Source: Histomonas meleagridis 2922-C6/04-290x (taxonomy: Eukaryota; Protista; Parabasalia). Taken from it: DNA of 64,000 nt. The translations under genes and the position numbers were made by a program. Below the pieces are notes generated by a model. The model had not been told where the DNA came from, ran no database searches, and saw only the letters and a program-made list of their open reading frames with translations. Of this stretch, positions 9,597 through 21,111 are shown one piece after another (positions within the stretch are counted from its first letter, which is position 1; every line of letters starts with the position of its first letter). The stretch spans positions 186,001 through 250,000 of the forward strand of contig JAANOX010000258.1 in assembly GCA_020184695.1 (NCBI GenBank), in the 5' to 3' direction.

Positions 9597-10211
9597 GTGA
9601 TCCCAGGAAAATTAAATTTTGATCTATGTGTAATAGGGGCCTCTGGCGTAGGTAAAGCATCAATGGCTATACAGCTAGTAGAAAAGGAATTTCCAGAGGA
9701 TTCATATCCATCAGGATTGAGAGATGATTTTTACTATCGTTTTGAATTAGAAGGCAATGATGTTGTGTTTGAACCTGTTTATAAATCTTTTTGGGTTGAT
9801 GATGATGATGATTTTATTGCTCTTACTCGCTCCATGGTATTGACATCAAGAGGATTTCTCATTGTTTATAGTATTGACAGCCGTTATTCTTTCGAACTTG
9901 TTGAAATGTGTTACAAAAAAATCATCAGCATCAAAAACCCTTTAGAAAACGAGTCTATTCCAATAGCCATATGTGGAAACAAATCTGATCTTACAAATAA
10001 ACGTGTTGTAAGTGAAACCGAAGGAAGAGATCTTGCAGCACGATTAAATGTTCCTTTCTTTGAAACATCAGCATTAAATAACATAAACATCAAAGAATCT
10101 TTTTGTACAGTTGCTGAAATGGTGTATCAAAAATGGAAAAAAGAGCCAAAGAAAGAGCCAAAGAAAGAGCAAAAAAGTAAGAATACAAAAGAAGTATGTA
10201 CAACAAGCTGA
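9597..10211 (+). CDS. Atypical Ras-family small GTPase (no in-frame ATG before the P-loop; G3 degenerate)
   Basis: GASGVGKAS (G1), GFLIVYSI, ICGNKSDL (G4), FFETSA (G5) and a C-terminal CTTS CaaX-like motif. No DxxG motif. Putative start is GTG at 9597. Confidence 0.75.
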   Translation: MIPGKLNFDLCVIGASGVGKASMAIQLVEKEFPEDSYPSGLRDDFYYRFELEGNDVVFEPVYKSFWVDDDDDFIALTRSMVLTSRGFLIVYSIDSRYSFELVEMCYKKIISIKNPLENESIPIAICGNKSDLTNKRVVSETEGRDLAARLNVPFFETSALNNINIKESFCTVAEMVYQKWKKEPKKEPKKEQKSKNTKEVCTTS

Positions 10212-11668
10212 AAATGTGCATTTTACCAAATAGCGAATTTGCTTAATAAAAATATGATAAAGTAAAAGCTAAAAAATAAGCGCTTTTTATACTTTAGTTG
10301 GAATTTTTGATATTTGTTATTATTGTTTTCTTTTCAAAGAACTGATTGTTTATAATGAGACACTTTTTGAGCTCCACTTCGACCGTGTTGTATTATTTCA
10401 AGATGAACCAAAAGCAAGCAGCAACAACAAGTCAGAAATCTCAAAACGAATGGGAAACACTTTCAGCGCTCAAAAACATAATCTTTGGTTTAAATATAGA
10501 TAATTTTGCTCAATCATCAAATTTTATTATCAGCATATTTTGTAAAAAATATCCAATATCTTATGATATCATTCTGAAAAAAAGATTATAATCCGAATGA
10601 TATATACATCTCTTCTGATTAGTAATAATAATTTTGATATATATTTGAGATTATTACAAGAAATTGAAAAATATGAAGAAAATAATAAAATCAACTCAAA
10701 AATAATAAATTTATTTTCTCAATTTCTACTTAAAAAAAACACAAATGAAAAATTATATTTACTTAATTACATGATTAAGTATAATTTACTTGAATCAAAA
10801 ATCATTCAAAATATATGTGAACCATTTTTTGTTCATGTTAATCAAGATAAATCAGATGAATATAAATATTCATTTGATCAAGAAAATATTGCTTATGAAG
10901 AACTTTCACAAAATGATTTTGCACTTCATAAGCAATTAATTGAAGAAGGACATAATCCGAATGAAATTGCAAAAATAATTCGAAATGATGAAATCGAAAA
11001 ACTTCAAGAAATATCATCACAAACAAATTTTGATTTTAACCAAATAATTGAACCATCACTTTATGAAAGATGTTCATTTATTAATACAGAAAATATTACA
11101 TTAATTGATTACGCAGTAATTTTTTCTGCAATAAAATGTTTTAAATATTTACTTATGAACAATGCAAATAAAATTGATACAGGTAAATATCCAGTTACAA
11201 GTGGAAATAAAGAAATCATTTATTTATGTGAACAAAATCATTCATCATTTGAAGGTGCATATAAAACTGCAATTATGTTTCATCAAAATGATATCTTTAA
11301 ATATCTTTATGATAATAAATTTGAAGATATTAGTCAATTAGACGAATTAAGAGAAAAATGTATTTCATATTTTAATAATGAAATTTTTACAAATTTAGAA
11401 AAAGAAGGAATGAAAATTATGAAAATATCATTAATGAAGCAGCAAAAATTGGAAAAATTTTTCTTGTAAAATATTTCCATAAAAATAATCAACTTCCAGA
11501 AAATATTTTAGTTTTTGCTTCATAATCAGGAAATATTGAACTTGTTACATACATTTTAAAGCAAAAAGGAATTGATATTATGCTAAAGATATTTATTTGA
11601 CTTATTTGAAATTTATTTTAATAATTTTGTATTTCAAAATAATATTTGGAAATTCTTTAAATTATCTA

Positions 11669-13207
11669 CAGATTCCAATCTAAATGAGGTTATCCAATCC
11701 AAATGGGTTTAACCGTTTTTTCCCCGCCATTTTTTAATGAAATCAAACTCATCTAAATCCATAAAAGAGTTATCAAAACCAATTCCCACTGGAGATTTAA
11801 TGAAAGGATTACTCAAATTTTATTCTCCAACAACATCAAGACATAATATCAGAGTACTCGCAGGATTCAATTATAAAATGCGTTACCAGCAAATTGGATA
11901 TTTGAAGATGACAATCGAGCTAGATGATCTTAGGCCTGTGACATGTATAAAGCTAGGTGACATTTGTAATTTAAAGCCTCAGATTATTACAAAAGCACTA
12001 AAGAAATTTAGTAAACATAGAAATCCAATAGGTAATAAGAAAAAATTAACTGATGAACAAGAAGAAACAGTAATTCAGCCTATTTGTGCTAAGTGCAATG
12101 ACCACATGCCTCTCTCTTCAAAGAGAAATTCTAGATTTTTGTTTGAAACAACTCCAAATAGAATTAACAGATGGGTGGCTTCAAAATTTATAAAGCGACA
12201 TTATAATCGAATTCAGAGGGCTGTTTCATACCCCCAATAAGATAAGCGTTTATGAATAACAAAAGAACATTGTTATTATTATCTATACATCTTAAAAAAT
12301 GAAGTGAATGGAAAATTCGCCGAAATAGTATTTAATGATGATGAAACGGGTTCATCTGAATGGATAGACAAAAAAATACGAAATGTCATTGTGCCATGTC
12401 ATGGTGAAGACGTACGTATTACTCACAAAGTTAAAAGATCTACAAAATTGCAAACAATGTTAGGATGCATTTCAGCTGCAGGTGATGTATTAACACCTGT
12501 TTTGATCCATTCAAGGAAAACAGTAGTCAATGAATTATATGCAAAAGGTTTAAGGGAAGGAACCGACGTTATTCTGAGGTATTCAGAATCTGGGTATATT
12601 AATTCGTTAATCTTTGAGGAATGGATTGAACATTTTTTTGTCACTTTTGTGAATGACACAAGAAATTCCTTAAATTTACAGAATGAAGAGGCAATTTTAT
12701 TTCTTGATGGATGTAGTTCGCATCTATCAGATAAGGTGAAAACAATATTGGATCTGAACAAAATTAAAATGATCACGTTCCCGCTACATGCCTCCCATAT
12801 TTTCCAAATGATTGATTTAGTCACTTTTGGCGTTTTAAAGCATACTAATCCCTATAAAATCATGATAAACGAAAATCAAATTAAGGAAAAGATAGAGGGA
12901 CTTAACTTAATATCAGAGGAAGAATTTCAAAGCAATTTCCCTGGAGCAAGAAGGAAAGAGTTTGGATTCATAAATAAACAATTTTTCTAATTTTTTGATT
13001 CTCTCTTTAAATTTTATAGATAATATTTTAATATAAAATTATATATCTATTTGCATAATGAATATATTCATAACTTTTAAGTTATAACTTTTAAAAAATA
13101 TTGCTTATTAATGAAGATATTTTTATTTTATTTTGAGTTTCCACCACTTTTTCATGAAAACGGTTAAACCCATTTGGATTGGATAACCCCATTTAGATTG
13201 GAATCTG
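11669..13207 (+). mobile_element. pogo/Tc1-mariner superfamily (DDE_1) TIR transposon, 1539 bp
   Basis: 51-bp TIRs at 11669-11719 and 13157-13207 with 1 mismatch (CAGATTCCAATCTAAATG...). Left flank is TA and right flank AA, consistent with a mutated TA TSD. Confidence 0.9.
11737..12990 (+). pseudogene. DDE_1 (CENP-B/pogo-type) transposase, inactivated
   Basis: FNDDETG, CISAAGDVL, ILFLDGCSSH and FPLHASHIFQMIDLVTF. In-frame stops TAA at 12238 and TGA at 12253 separate two ORFs in the same frame. Confidence 0.85.
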
Positions 13208-14044
13208 AAATACAGCACTTGTTTGGGCATCTTTATATGGTCATATAGAAATAGTTAAATTACTTCTTGAACAAAAAGGAATTGATATTAATGCTAAAGA
13301 TAATTTTTATTTTAACAATTTTATATTTCAAAATAATATTTGGGAAATATTTAAATTATTTTATACAGCAATTACATCTGCAAATAAGAGAGGTCACAAT
13401 GAAATTGTTAAATTACTTTTAGAATAGGGGAAAAAATTTGTAACTTTTTACCAATTTTTCTTAAGGGCTGTCTTTAATAATCTTTTTTTTTCAAAAGTGT
13501 TTAGATATAATCGAAGTCAGCAAATGTCACGATTGTTATTCGAATGATACAGTAACTTTACTTTAGGTTGGAATGGTTTGATTGAATTTTGAATGAAAAT
13601 TACCCTTAAAGAGCTCCAACCTAAAATGCAGTGACAGTATATAATTTACTATTATCACATCTTGCATCATCAAAATTATATAAATTTTATGATTATTATA
13701 GGGATAGATGCACTTTTTTACACACCAAATATTTTTTTTTTTAAGAAAAATTTCATGGTTAAATTTATTCAAATCAAATAAATTTGAATTGCTAACTTTC
13801 CTTATTATGTTACGTACATGATGATATTTTCTGGAAATATGAGAATCTTTTAGCTCTGCAAGATTTCGACTTGTAACAAATATTATTTAAAATTGATTTT
13901 TTATTGTTATGCCTTCAAGAATTTGGCTTTGAGGATAATTTTTGATATATACTGAGAAAAATGATTTTTATATTTTATTTAATTAGAATAATATAAAATT
14001 TCTTTAATAATTTATTCTGTATACCGAAGCAAACTAAAAGGGAA

Positions 14045-14422
14045 TTATGTTCCTTTCTTTGGAAACTTTTTCTCGATTTCATCCGCAATGAGATAAAACT
14101 TTTTGGATATTTCATGGTCAGGTTCACGTACAACAATTGGATAACCCTCATCACCTGGCAGCGATATCGTTTGATCGATTGGAATTGATGCAAGAAGTGG
14201 GATATTTTGGGATTTTAATATGTTATCGAATTCTGGAGATTTGAAAATTTCTGTTTTTGTTTTGCAAAAACCACACTGAAAACCAGAGAAGTTCTTAACG
14301 CAGCCGAGAATTGGGATTTTATATCGTTTGTACAAATCAATTGATTTTCTTAAATCATTTGTTGACATTGTTTGAGGCGTGGAAACAAGCATAGCACAAT
14401 CAATGTTCATTAGTTGATGCAA
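14045..14422 (-). pseudogene. C-terminal fragment of an Mrp/NBP35 (ParA/MinD-like) ATPase
   Basis: VSTPQ..S..DLRKS, IPILGCVKNFSGFQCGFCK and LASIPID..I...GDEGYP. The Walker A and N-terminal half are absent. Confidence 0.7.
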
Positions 14423-14913
14423 TTTTATGTGAGATTATTAATAATCTCACACCATCGTCAATGAATGGAAAACTCCCAGAAGAACTCCTCATCCATCTTC
14501 TTTAACAGGCAGCAGCAAGCAACTTATGAGTTATCCTCTTTGAAGAATTCGATCAATTGTTAATGATTTCGAACCATCTTTACTTCCTTCTTACTCAAAC
14601 AAGCACTCGAAAATGGCCACAATGGTAATATAAAAAAAGACCGGTCTTGTTTTGGACACAAGCTTGAATTAATCAATAACTGTCATGAACCAGACAATAG
14701 AGTGGACTGTTAAAAATCTTGAAAAAGTATTTTTATTTAAATACTTTATGTGGATACGATTGAAATATACTGATTTTTTTTCGAAAATAAAACAGAAATA
14801 CCTTTTTAAAAAATTAATTTATTAACTAATATATGCTATTAAAAAATATAACTATTTATGTATATTATAATTTCTTAAAATAATTAGAAATTATAGGAAA
14901 AATCGATCTGAGC

Positions 14914-15912
14914 ATGTTCTTTCAAAAATTTGCCAAATTTGGCAATGTAACAGACATTTTTATAAAAATGATTCATTCAAACATGGGCCCAGAATTACCA
15001 CAAGAGTACACATTCATTCAACTTAGGAACATGGGATCTACATGTTTTATTAATGCAGTTTTACAAAGTTTTTTTGCAATTGATACAATAAATTACTTTT
15101 GTTTCCAATATGACAATATACAAAAAAAATATCCACAACTTCAAAGCTTAACAGAGAAAACAAGACTTTATTTATTTGTAAAAATCTATATTGATTCGCA
15201 AAATGCACCACAAAATGAAGTACTTTATGAACCAACGTATTTTCTAGATTCTATTTTTACAGACGACTCGCCTTTTCGTAGGGGTGAACAGTCAGATTCA
15301 CACGAATTCATTCTATTCATTTTAAACTCATTTGATCAAGATATTTTAAAAATTAATGAAATTATTCACAAAGATGATTGCCTTCCTCTTTTTAGCTCCT
15401 TGTTTACTGGTACGTACGAAACTGCTTTCTGTGCACTCCCCAATTTTCCTTTTTCTTTTGAATCAGAAAAATTCACATATCTTTCAATATTCGCAAGTGA
15501 CATAGAATTAGGTTTAGAAAAATGGAAACGTGGTGAAGACATTCAAGAGCACTACAGGAACATTATTATTCAACGCAAAATTTTGAAATTTCCACAAATT
15601 CTTTTGATTCAATCTCCTGTTTTTTCAAGTGGAACATTAAGAAAACAAATGAATTTGCGCCCACTTTTTACTATAACAATTTCGGGAACTAAGTACAATT
15701 TGAAATCGATTATTGTTCACATTGGACATACGATGTATACGGGTCACTACGTTTGCTTTTATGCAGTTAACTTCAGATGGGTTTACGCAGACGATGAAAA
15801 TATGCGGCCTTTAAATCATGAAGAATATCATAAATTCTTTGGAAACGGATTTTTGCCAAGTGAACCAACCGCAACTGCATACGTACTTCTGTATGAAAGA
15901 GAGGTAAACTAA
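14914..15912 (+). CDS. Ubiquitin-specific protease (peptidase C19)
   Basis: Cys box LRNMGSTCFINAVLQ, QSDSHEF, His box HIGHTMYTGHYVC, and ADDE. Confidence 0.9.
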   Translation: MFFQKFAKFGNVTDIFIKMIHSNMGPELPQEYTFIQLRNMGSTCFINAVLQSFFAIDTINYFCFQYDNIQKKYPQLQSLTEKTRLYLFVKIYIDSQNAPQNEVLYEPTYFLDSIFTDDSPFRRGEQSDSHEFILFILNSFDQDILKINEIIHKDDCLPLFSSLFTGTYETAFCALPNFPFSFESEKFTYLSIFASDIELGLEKWKRGEDIQEHYRNIIIQRKILKFPQILLIQSPVFSSGTLRKQMNLRPLFTITISGTKYNLKSIIVHIGHTMYTGHYVCFYAVNFRWVYADDENMRPLNHEEYHKFFGNGFLPSEPTATAYVLLYEREVN

Positions 15913-16810
15913 TTTACTTTTGTTTGGAATAATAAAAATATATTTTTAATACCTAAATATTGCTAAAAATTGCTTATCTTTGATGTATAAATTCCACTTA
16001 ATAATTTAAAGAATCAATAAAAAAAAACAATTTTTTCTTTTTTTCACTAGAAAGAGTTTCTATTTTTTTAGATCTAATAATCTTATGTACTCAAAAAAGT
16101 ATGATATATCATTTTTATTGAAAGAACTGCCTAAGTAAAATTCTTTTTATTTAGGGAGGAAATTGTTTTCCAAATAAATTGGAGTGCTCCCAATTCATTT
16201 ATATGTGCTTTAATACTGTTGTTTCAGCATCAGTTAATTTTAAAAGAACACAAAAAGTATAGGACGTTTATTTTCCTAGAAAGTTGTACTTGCTGCTTTT
16301 GACAGAAATTCAATAGTTTAATGGATTTTTGGGTAGTAAACTGATTAAAAAGTCAAATAAATCATTGAATTATTTTATGGCTTTGAAGTTAGATATGTTG
16401 TTATGGAGCAAGGCGAATTGTCGACAGAAATAATTGATACATACACAAATTCTTTTTCGAACTGAAAATGAAATGTTTTATAATAAACTCTTCTATCTTG
16501 TTTCATAATGATATCAATGTAGCTACATTTAAAATACATTCTGTGCGCAATGCACGAAACGCACCCATACATAATAATGTTGTGTTCAATATTTTCTATG
16601 TAATAAATTCCAAAGTAAAGATGTTTTGGCACGAAAAATACAATTCATGATGGCTTTACAACCCAACGTCTCATTCAATTTTTCAGGGGGTTTGTGTGTT
16701 TCCGATTTTTGTCCACCCAATCGAACGGTTTTAGTATTCAAATCACTTTTGGGAATTTTTTAATCGAACAAACTTAATCAATTTTATGAACTGTTATCAA
16801 AAAAGCCTCA

Positions 16811-19800
16811 ATGGAACCAAAGGATTCAGAGCTTTTATACAACTCTGAATCATCTTTCGAGATAGACACGGGATATTTATTATGGCAAGCCACACCAGAA
16901 ACAGAGTTCAATATTTCAAATTTTTCACCTAAGTCTAAAAATTTAAAAATAACATTTTTCAACAGATATAATCCATTTTACATGCTGGTTCGCTGCAAAT
17001 CATTTTTTCCTCCCATATTACAATGGATATCATCATTATTTATTTTTTTTCAATTTACGTTAATGCCATCAATCAAAATTCCTAATGACTTATACAATGT
17101 AGAAGTGCCCTCATTAATTCGGTATTTACAATGCTTTCTTTGTTTTCATTCATTTGTTTTTAATGAAGATCAAGAAATGGATCATCTTACACAGTCCGTA
17201 TTATTTTTTCTATTTAATGTTATCTTATTAATTTCCATTGAGGTTATATCCAACTTGACACGAAAGTATATCCAAATACCATATTTATTTTTATACATAC
17301 ATCGAATCATTTTTCAATTTCTTTATCCGATAATATTATTTCCAACAGTTTATCGCTTAAGTATTATGATGGCCATTATGATTCAAAGTGGCTATAATTA
17401 TTACTTATTAATCAGTTTAATATTTCAATTAGTTAATATCTTTTTCATAATTTATTTTCAGTTTTTAAATAATTTATTCATAAATCCAATTGACATCAAA
17501 TATAATACACTTTTAGATGTCTATGATGGTAAAACATTTTTACATTTATCGATAACTCAAGTGATATTAACAATTTTATTATTTTTCTTTAAAACAATTA
17601 ACCAAATAATAATACAAAACGTAATAATGATAATAATTTTTGTTTTTATACTTTTTTTATGTTATAAACGAATAACATCATTTGTGCATATTAGTTTAAT
17701 TGGACAATATATTGAATTATGTCCAATCTTTTGTATGCCCTTTGTGTTGATTTTCCAGATTTTCATTCGTAATATCTCCATAACTTTTATTTTTTTAATT
17801 TTTTTACATATTGTTTTCATACTATTAATAAACATTTATTATAATCGTAAAATTAACTCAGCTTTAGGATTGTTTTCGAATAATCCAATAAGTTGTAGTG
17901 GAAGTTTTACATCTTTAATTAGAATCGCAAGTCGAAAAGCTATACGACCGAACATTTTCCATTATTTTTTAATTCATCATCCATTAAAATCGAGTAATTT
18001 AATTGAGTTAATTCGAATTTTATTGATTTATCCACAATTTAGACATGACATGAAAAAAACTTTAATTTTATTATCAATGAAATCTAAGAAATCATTATTT
18101 AATCATTTTGTGATATTAAATTTACTTAATGTTATTAAAATGTATACAACCGAATATAAAGAAATATATTTTTCGAAATATGAGATCCTTTTATCACATT
18201 ATAATATCCATTTTTATTTATATTGGGATTCACGAAAGAATAAAAAATATTTTAAATCTTTTATCGAAGCAATTTCTTGTAGTATTACAAACATGAATTT
18301 ATATTTTGAGTTGAAATATCTTTTAAAATATTTTCCTTTCGATATAACTGTATTACAATTTTATTCGAATTTTTTGTTTTTGAATTTAGGGAATTATATT
18401 TCTTCTAAGAACTTAGAAAAGAAAATAAAATTTATTGAGGAAAACCCGAAACTAATACCTGATTCATTATATTTTTATAATAATTTAATACATCCAGGCA
18501 TTATAAATTATGTAAAAAATGGGAACAAGAATTTTAATGAAAATATTATAAATTATAAAGAAAAGAAAAAAGAAAAGAAAAATTTGAATTTGAAAATTAT
18601 AAATTCAAATAAAATTTTTCCACTTTTTACTATTTTTTCATATTTAATTCCATTAATTTTAATTTTTATATATATAAATTATATAAATAAATATGAAAAT
18701 GAAATTTTATATTACCAAGATCATTTAAAAAATGATATAAAATTATTTCCTGATTATTATTCATTAATAATTTCGAATATTTCTGCTACTTTTGTGTTAA
18801 ATAATGAAAGTTTTAATAACGATGCATTTTGTAATGATTATTATAATAATTTTCCGATTTTAATTAATAACTTTTATAATGATTCTTCATTTTTAAATTT
18901 ATCGAATAATATGTTAAATTATTTATATGATCATTTTTTTGAGGCTTTTAAAATTAACAATAATAATATTTGTGATTCTTTATATTATATGTTACAAAAT
19001 ATTCATAACGATTCAAATCAAACTATTTCGAATTTATCAAAGAAATTGAACAATTTTTATAAACCTTTTAATGAAATTATTAATAATTTAAAAATGTTAT
19101 TTAAAGAAAAATCTTTAAGAAATCCATTTTTATTAATTTTATTGATATTTTTCATATATTTCCTTTTGTATTTTATATACTTATTCATAAACTTAATTAC
19201 AATTCATATATATAAACAAAGAATAATTGATGAAAATTCTTCTGTTAAAAGAATTCAAGAATTTTTAAATAATCCACAAAAAAGTATTTGGGATTCTATA
19301 TTTTACAAAAAAGTGACATCAAATCATTCTTCTTATGAATCATTAAATACTGATATAATTCTAGGTGAATCAAGTATAGCCGAGAAACAATTTAAGAAAA
19401 CAATTTATAATCAAAAATTCGAAGGATTTTTATTATTTATATTTTTTATTATTATACCATTTTTTTTATTAATAATTAATTTGATATTTTTCATGTTAAA
19501 TCTTAATAATTTAAGTATTAACAAATTTGAGAATTATGAGAATGTAATTATAAAGAATCATACTGAAATAACATTAATATTAATACAAAATGTTTTAAAT
19601 CAATTAATAAACAATGAAATTCCTTACGAAATATATAATGAAACAATTGAAACTTATCAAAATGTTTCATCAAGTATTTCGTCATTATTTTTCACTGAAA
19701 TTTGTTTGACACTTAGACCTAATCATTGTTTAACACCATTCGATGTTATCAATGATTTAATGAACGAAAATTATCAAAATTCGATTTCCGAAATTTTATT

Positions 19801-20908
19801 TGTTTTATTTAAGTTTTCATATGATTCTTTTATAAAGTTTTATTTGCCATCAATTAATGAAATATTATCAATGAATTTTAATATTTTACCAACATATTAT
19901 CTATGTATTATAATCGAAAATATTTTAATTTTCTTTTTAGGTATATTTTTCGCTTATAATTTTTATATCGGAATAAATTCACTTTTTCATTACCAGAAAT
20001 ACACTCAAAAAGTCGATAGAAATAAATTACACAAAAAGTCAAAACTGCCATCAAATATTTTGGTAATTAAAACTCTTAAAAAGAATGATAAAATTTATTC
20101 AATATCTAAAAATTGTAAGAAATTAATTAACGCTGATTATTTTGATTTAATTGGTAAAAAGTTTTTTAACATTTTTCAAATTGTTTATTCCGATGATAAT
20201 TTCGAAGTTGTTTCATATCAATTTGATGCATTACATAAAGAATTTTATTATAAAAAACAAAATTTCCAATCAAATTCTAAAAATAATTTAGAATTAAATT
20301 ATATCACGTTAATTCCTAAAATCGAAAATGCACCTAAAATTGATAGTAAGTTAAACTTAGTGAGTTATATGCCAAAGAATTTTGCTTTAAAGTTTAAAAA
20401 AGATTTCCAAAATATTTTTACTTATTTAAATTGTTGTATTATAATTATAAAAACCGATTCAAAACAGTTTAAACGGTTTTTCCATACACTTTGCGGTAAA
20501 CTATTCAATTTCAGCAGCATTGAAATAATTCGTTTTGACGGGAAAATGATATATTTTATCACAAAAAAGGACTTCCATTATGATGCTTTAATATTAATTT
20601 ATAAATTAATCACTGATAGAGATTTGGAAAGTTGTATTGTTTCGGCTTATATTGATTATTTTAAAGAAATTGAATTAATTGTCGAAACTAAAAATGAGCC
20701 TTATTTAAGTATAAATGGTAAAGCAATAAAGACAATGATAAAAAACGCTTATTTGACAAACCCAAAATCAATAATGTTTTCAAATAAGGCATTAAAGAAA
20801 TTCAAAATTTTAAATAATATGCAAAATAGTTTGTGGCTACATAATGAAACGTCAACGTATTTTTTGTTGTTTGATGTTTTCAAGGAACAGTTGTTTAAAT
20901 ATTTGTAA
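16811..20908 (+). CDS. Large multi-pass membrane protein, probably a degenerate transmembrane adenylate/guanylate cyclase-like protein
   Basis: 1365-aa ORF with many TM segments, a PAS-like stretch (IYSISKNCKKLINADYFDLIGKKF) and a C-terminal region resembling an eroded class III cyclase fold (IEIIRFDGKMIYFI). The family call is inference. Confidence 0.55.
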   Translation: MEPKDSELLYNSESSFEIDTGYLLWQATPETEFNISNFSPKSKNLKITFFNRYNPFYMLVRCKSFFPPILQWISSLFIFFQFTLMPSIKIPNDLYNVEVPSLIRYLQCFLCFHSFVFNEDQEMDHLTQSVLFFLFNVILLISIEVISNLTRKYIQIPYLFLYIHRIIFQFLYPIILFPTVYRLSIMMAIMIQSGYNYYLLISLIFQLVNIFFIIYFQFLNNLFINPIDIKYNTLLDVYDGKTFLHLSITQVILTILLFFFKTINQIIIQNVIMIIIFVFILFLCYKRITSFVHISLIGQYIELCPIFCMPFVLIFQIFIRNISITFIFLIFLHIVFILLINIYYNRKINSALGLFSNNPISCSGSFTSLIRIASRKAIRPNIFHYFLIHHPLKSSNLIELIRILLIYPQFRHDMKKTLILLSMKSKKSLFNHFVILNLLNVIKMYTTEYKEIYFSKYEILLSHYNIHFYLYWDSRKNKKYFKSFIEAISCSITNMNLYFELKYLLKYFPFDITVLQFYSNFLFLNLGNYISSKNLEKKIKFIEENPKLIPDSLYFYNNLIHPGIINYVKNGNKNFNENIINYKEKKKEKKNLNLKIINSNKIFPLFTIFSYLIPLILIFIYINYINKYENEILYYQDHLKNDIKLFPDYYSLIISNISATFVLNNESFNNDAFCNDYYNNFPILINNFYNDSSFLNLSNNMLNYLYDHFFEAFKINNNNICDSLYYMLQNIHNDSNQTISNLSKKLNNFYKPFNEIINNLKMLFKEKSLRNPFLLILLIFFIYFLLYFIYLFINLITIHIYKQRIIDENSSVKRIQEFLNNPQKSIWDSIFYKKVTSNHSSYESLNTDIILGESSIAEKQFKKTIYNQKFEGFLLFIFFIIIPFFLLIINLIFFMLNLNNLSINKFENYENVIIKNHTEITLILIQNVLNQLINNEIPYEIYNETIETYQNVSSSISSLFFTEICLTLRPNHCLTPFDVINDLMNENYQNSISEILFVLFKFSYDSFIKFYLPSINEILSMNFNILPTYYLCIIIENILIFFLGIFFAYNFYIGINSLFHYQKYTQKVDRNKLHKKSKLPSNILVIKTLKKNDKIYSISKNCKKLINADYFDLIGKKFFNIFQIVYSDDNFEVVSYQFDALHKEFYYKKQNFQSNSKNNLELNYITLIPKIENAPKIDSKLNLVSYMPKNFALKFKKDFQNIFTYLNCCIIIIKTDSKQFKRFFHTLCGKLFNFSSIEIIRFDGKMIYFITKKDFHYDALILIYKLITDRDLESCIVSAYIDYFKEIELIVETKNEPYLSINGKAIKTMIKNAYLTNPKSIMFSNKALKKFKILNNMQNSLWLHNETSTYFLLFDVFKEQLFKYL

Positions 20909-21111
20909 AATAAAAATTTGTTTGTTTGTAATTTTAATTTTTAATTGCAATTCTTCATTTTTAAACTCACAAGAAATTGTTACTGCTCTTCCTTATGGTC
21001 GTTAATGTCGTACAATATAAAAAAGATTATTAAAAAGATCTTTCACAAATAATTCACTTTTGAATAAACTTTGTAATTTTTGTTGATATAACTTTTCAAA
21101 TAAATTATTCA

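Larger units (their letters stand above)
10403..13427 (+). pseudogene. DUF3447-type ankyrin pseudogene carrying the same spacers, disrupted by a pogo-like insertion
   Basis: Homologous to the genes at 2 and 34465. Frameshift near 11420, TAA at 11523, 1-nt deletion near 11580 and a TE at 11669-13207. Ankyrin modules at 13212 and 13365 are separated by a 63-nt spacer (13302-13364). Confidence 0.85.
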
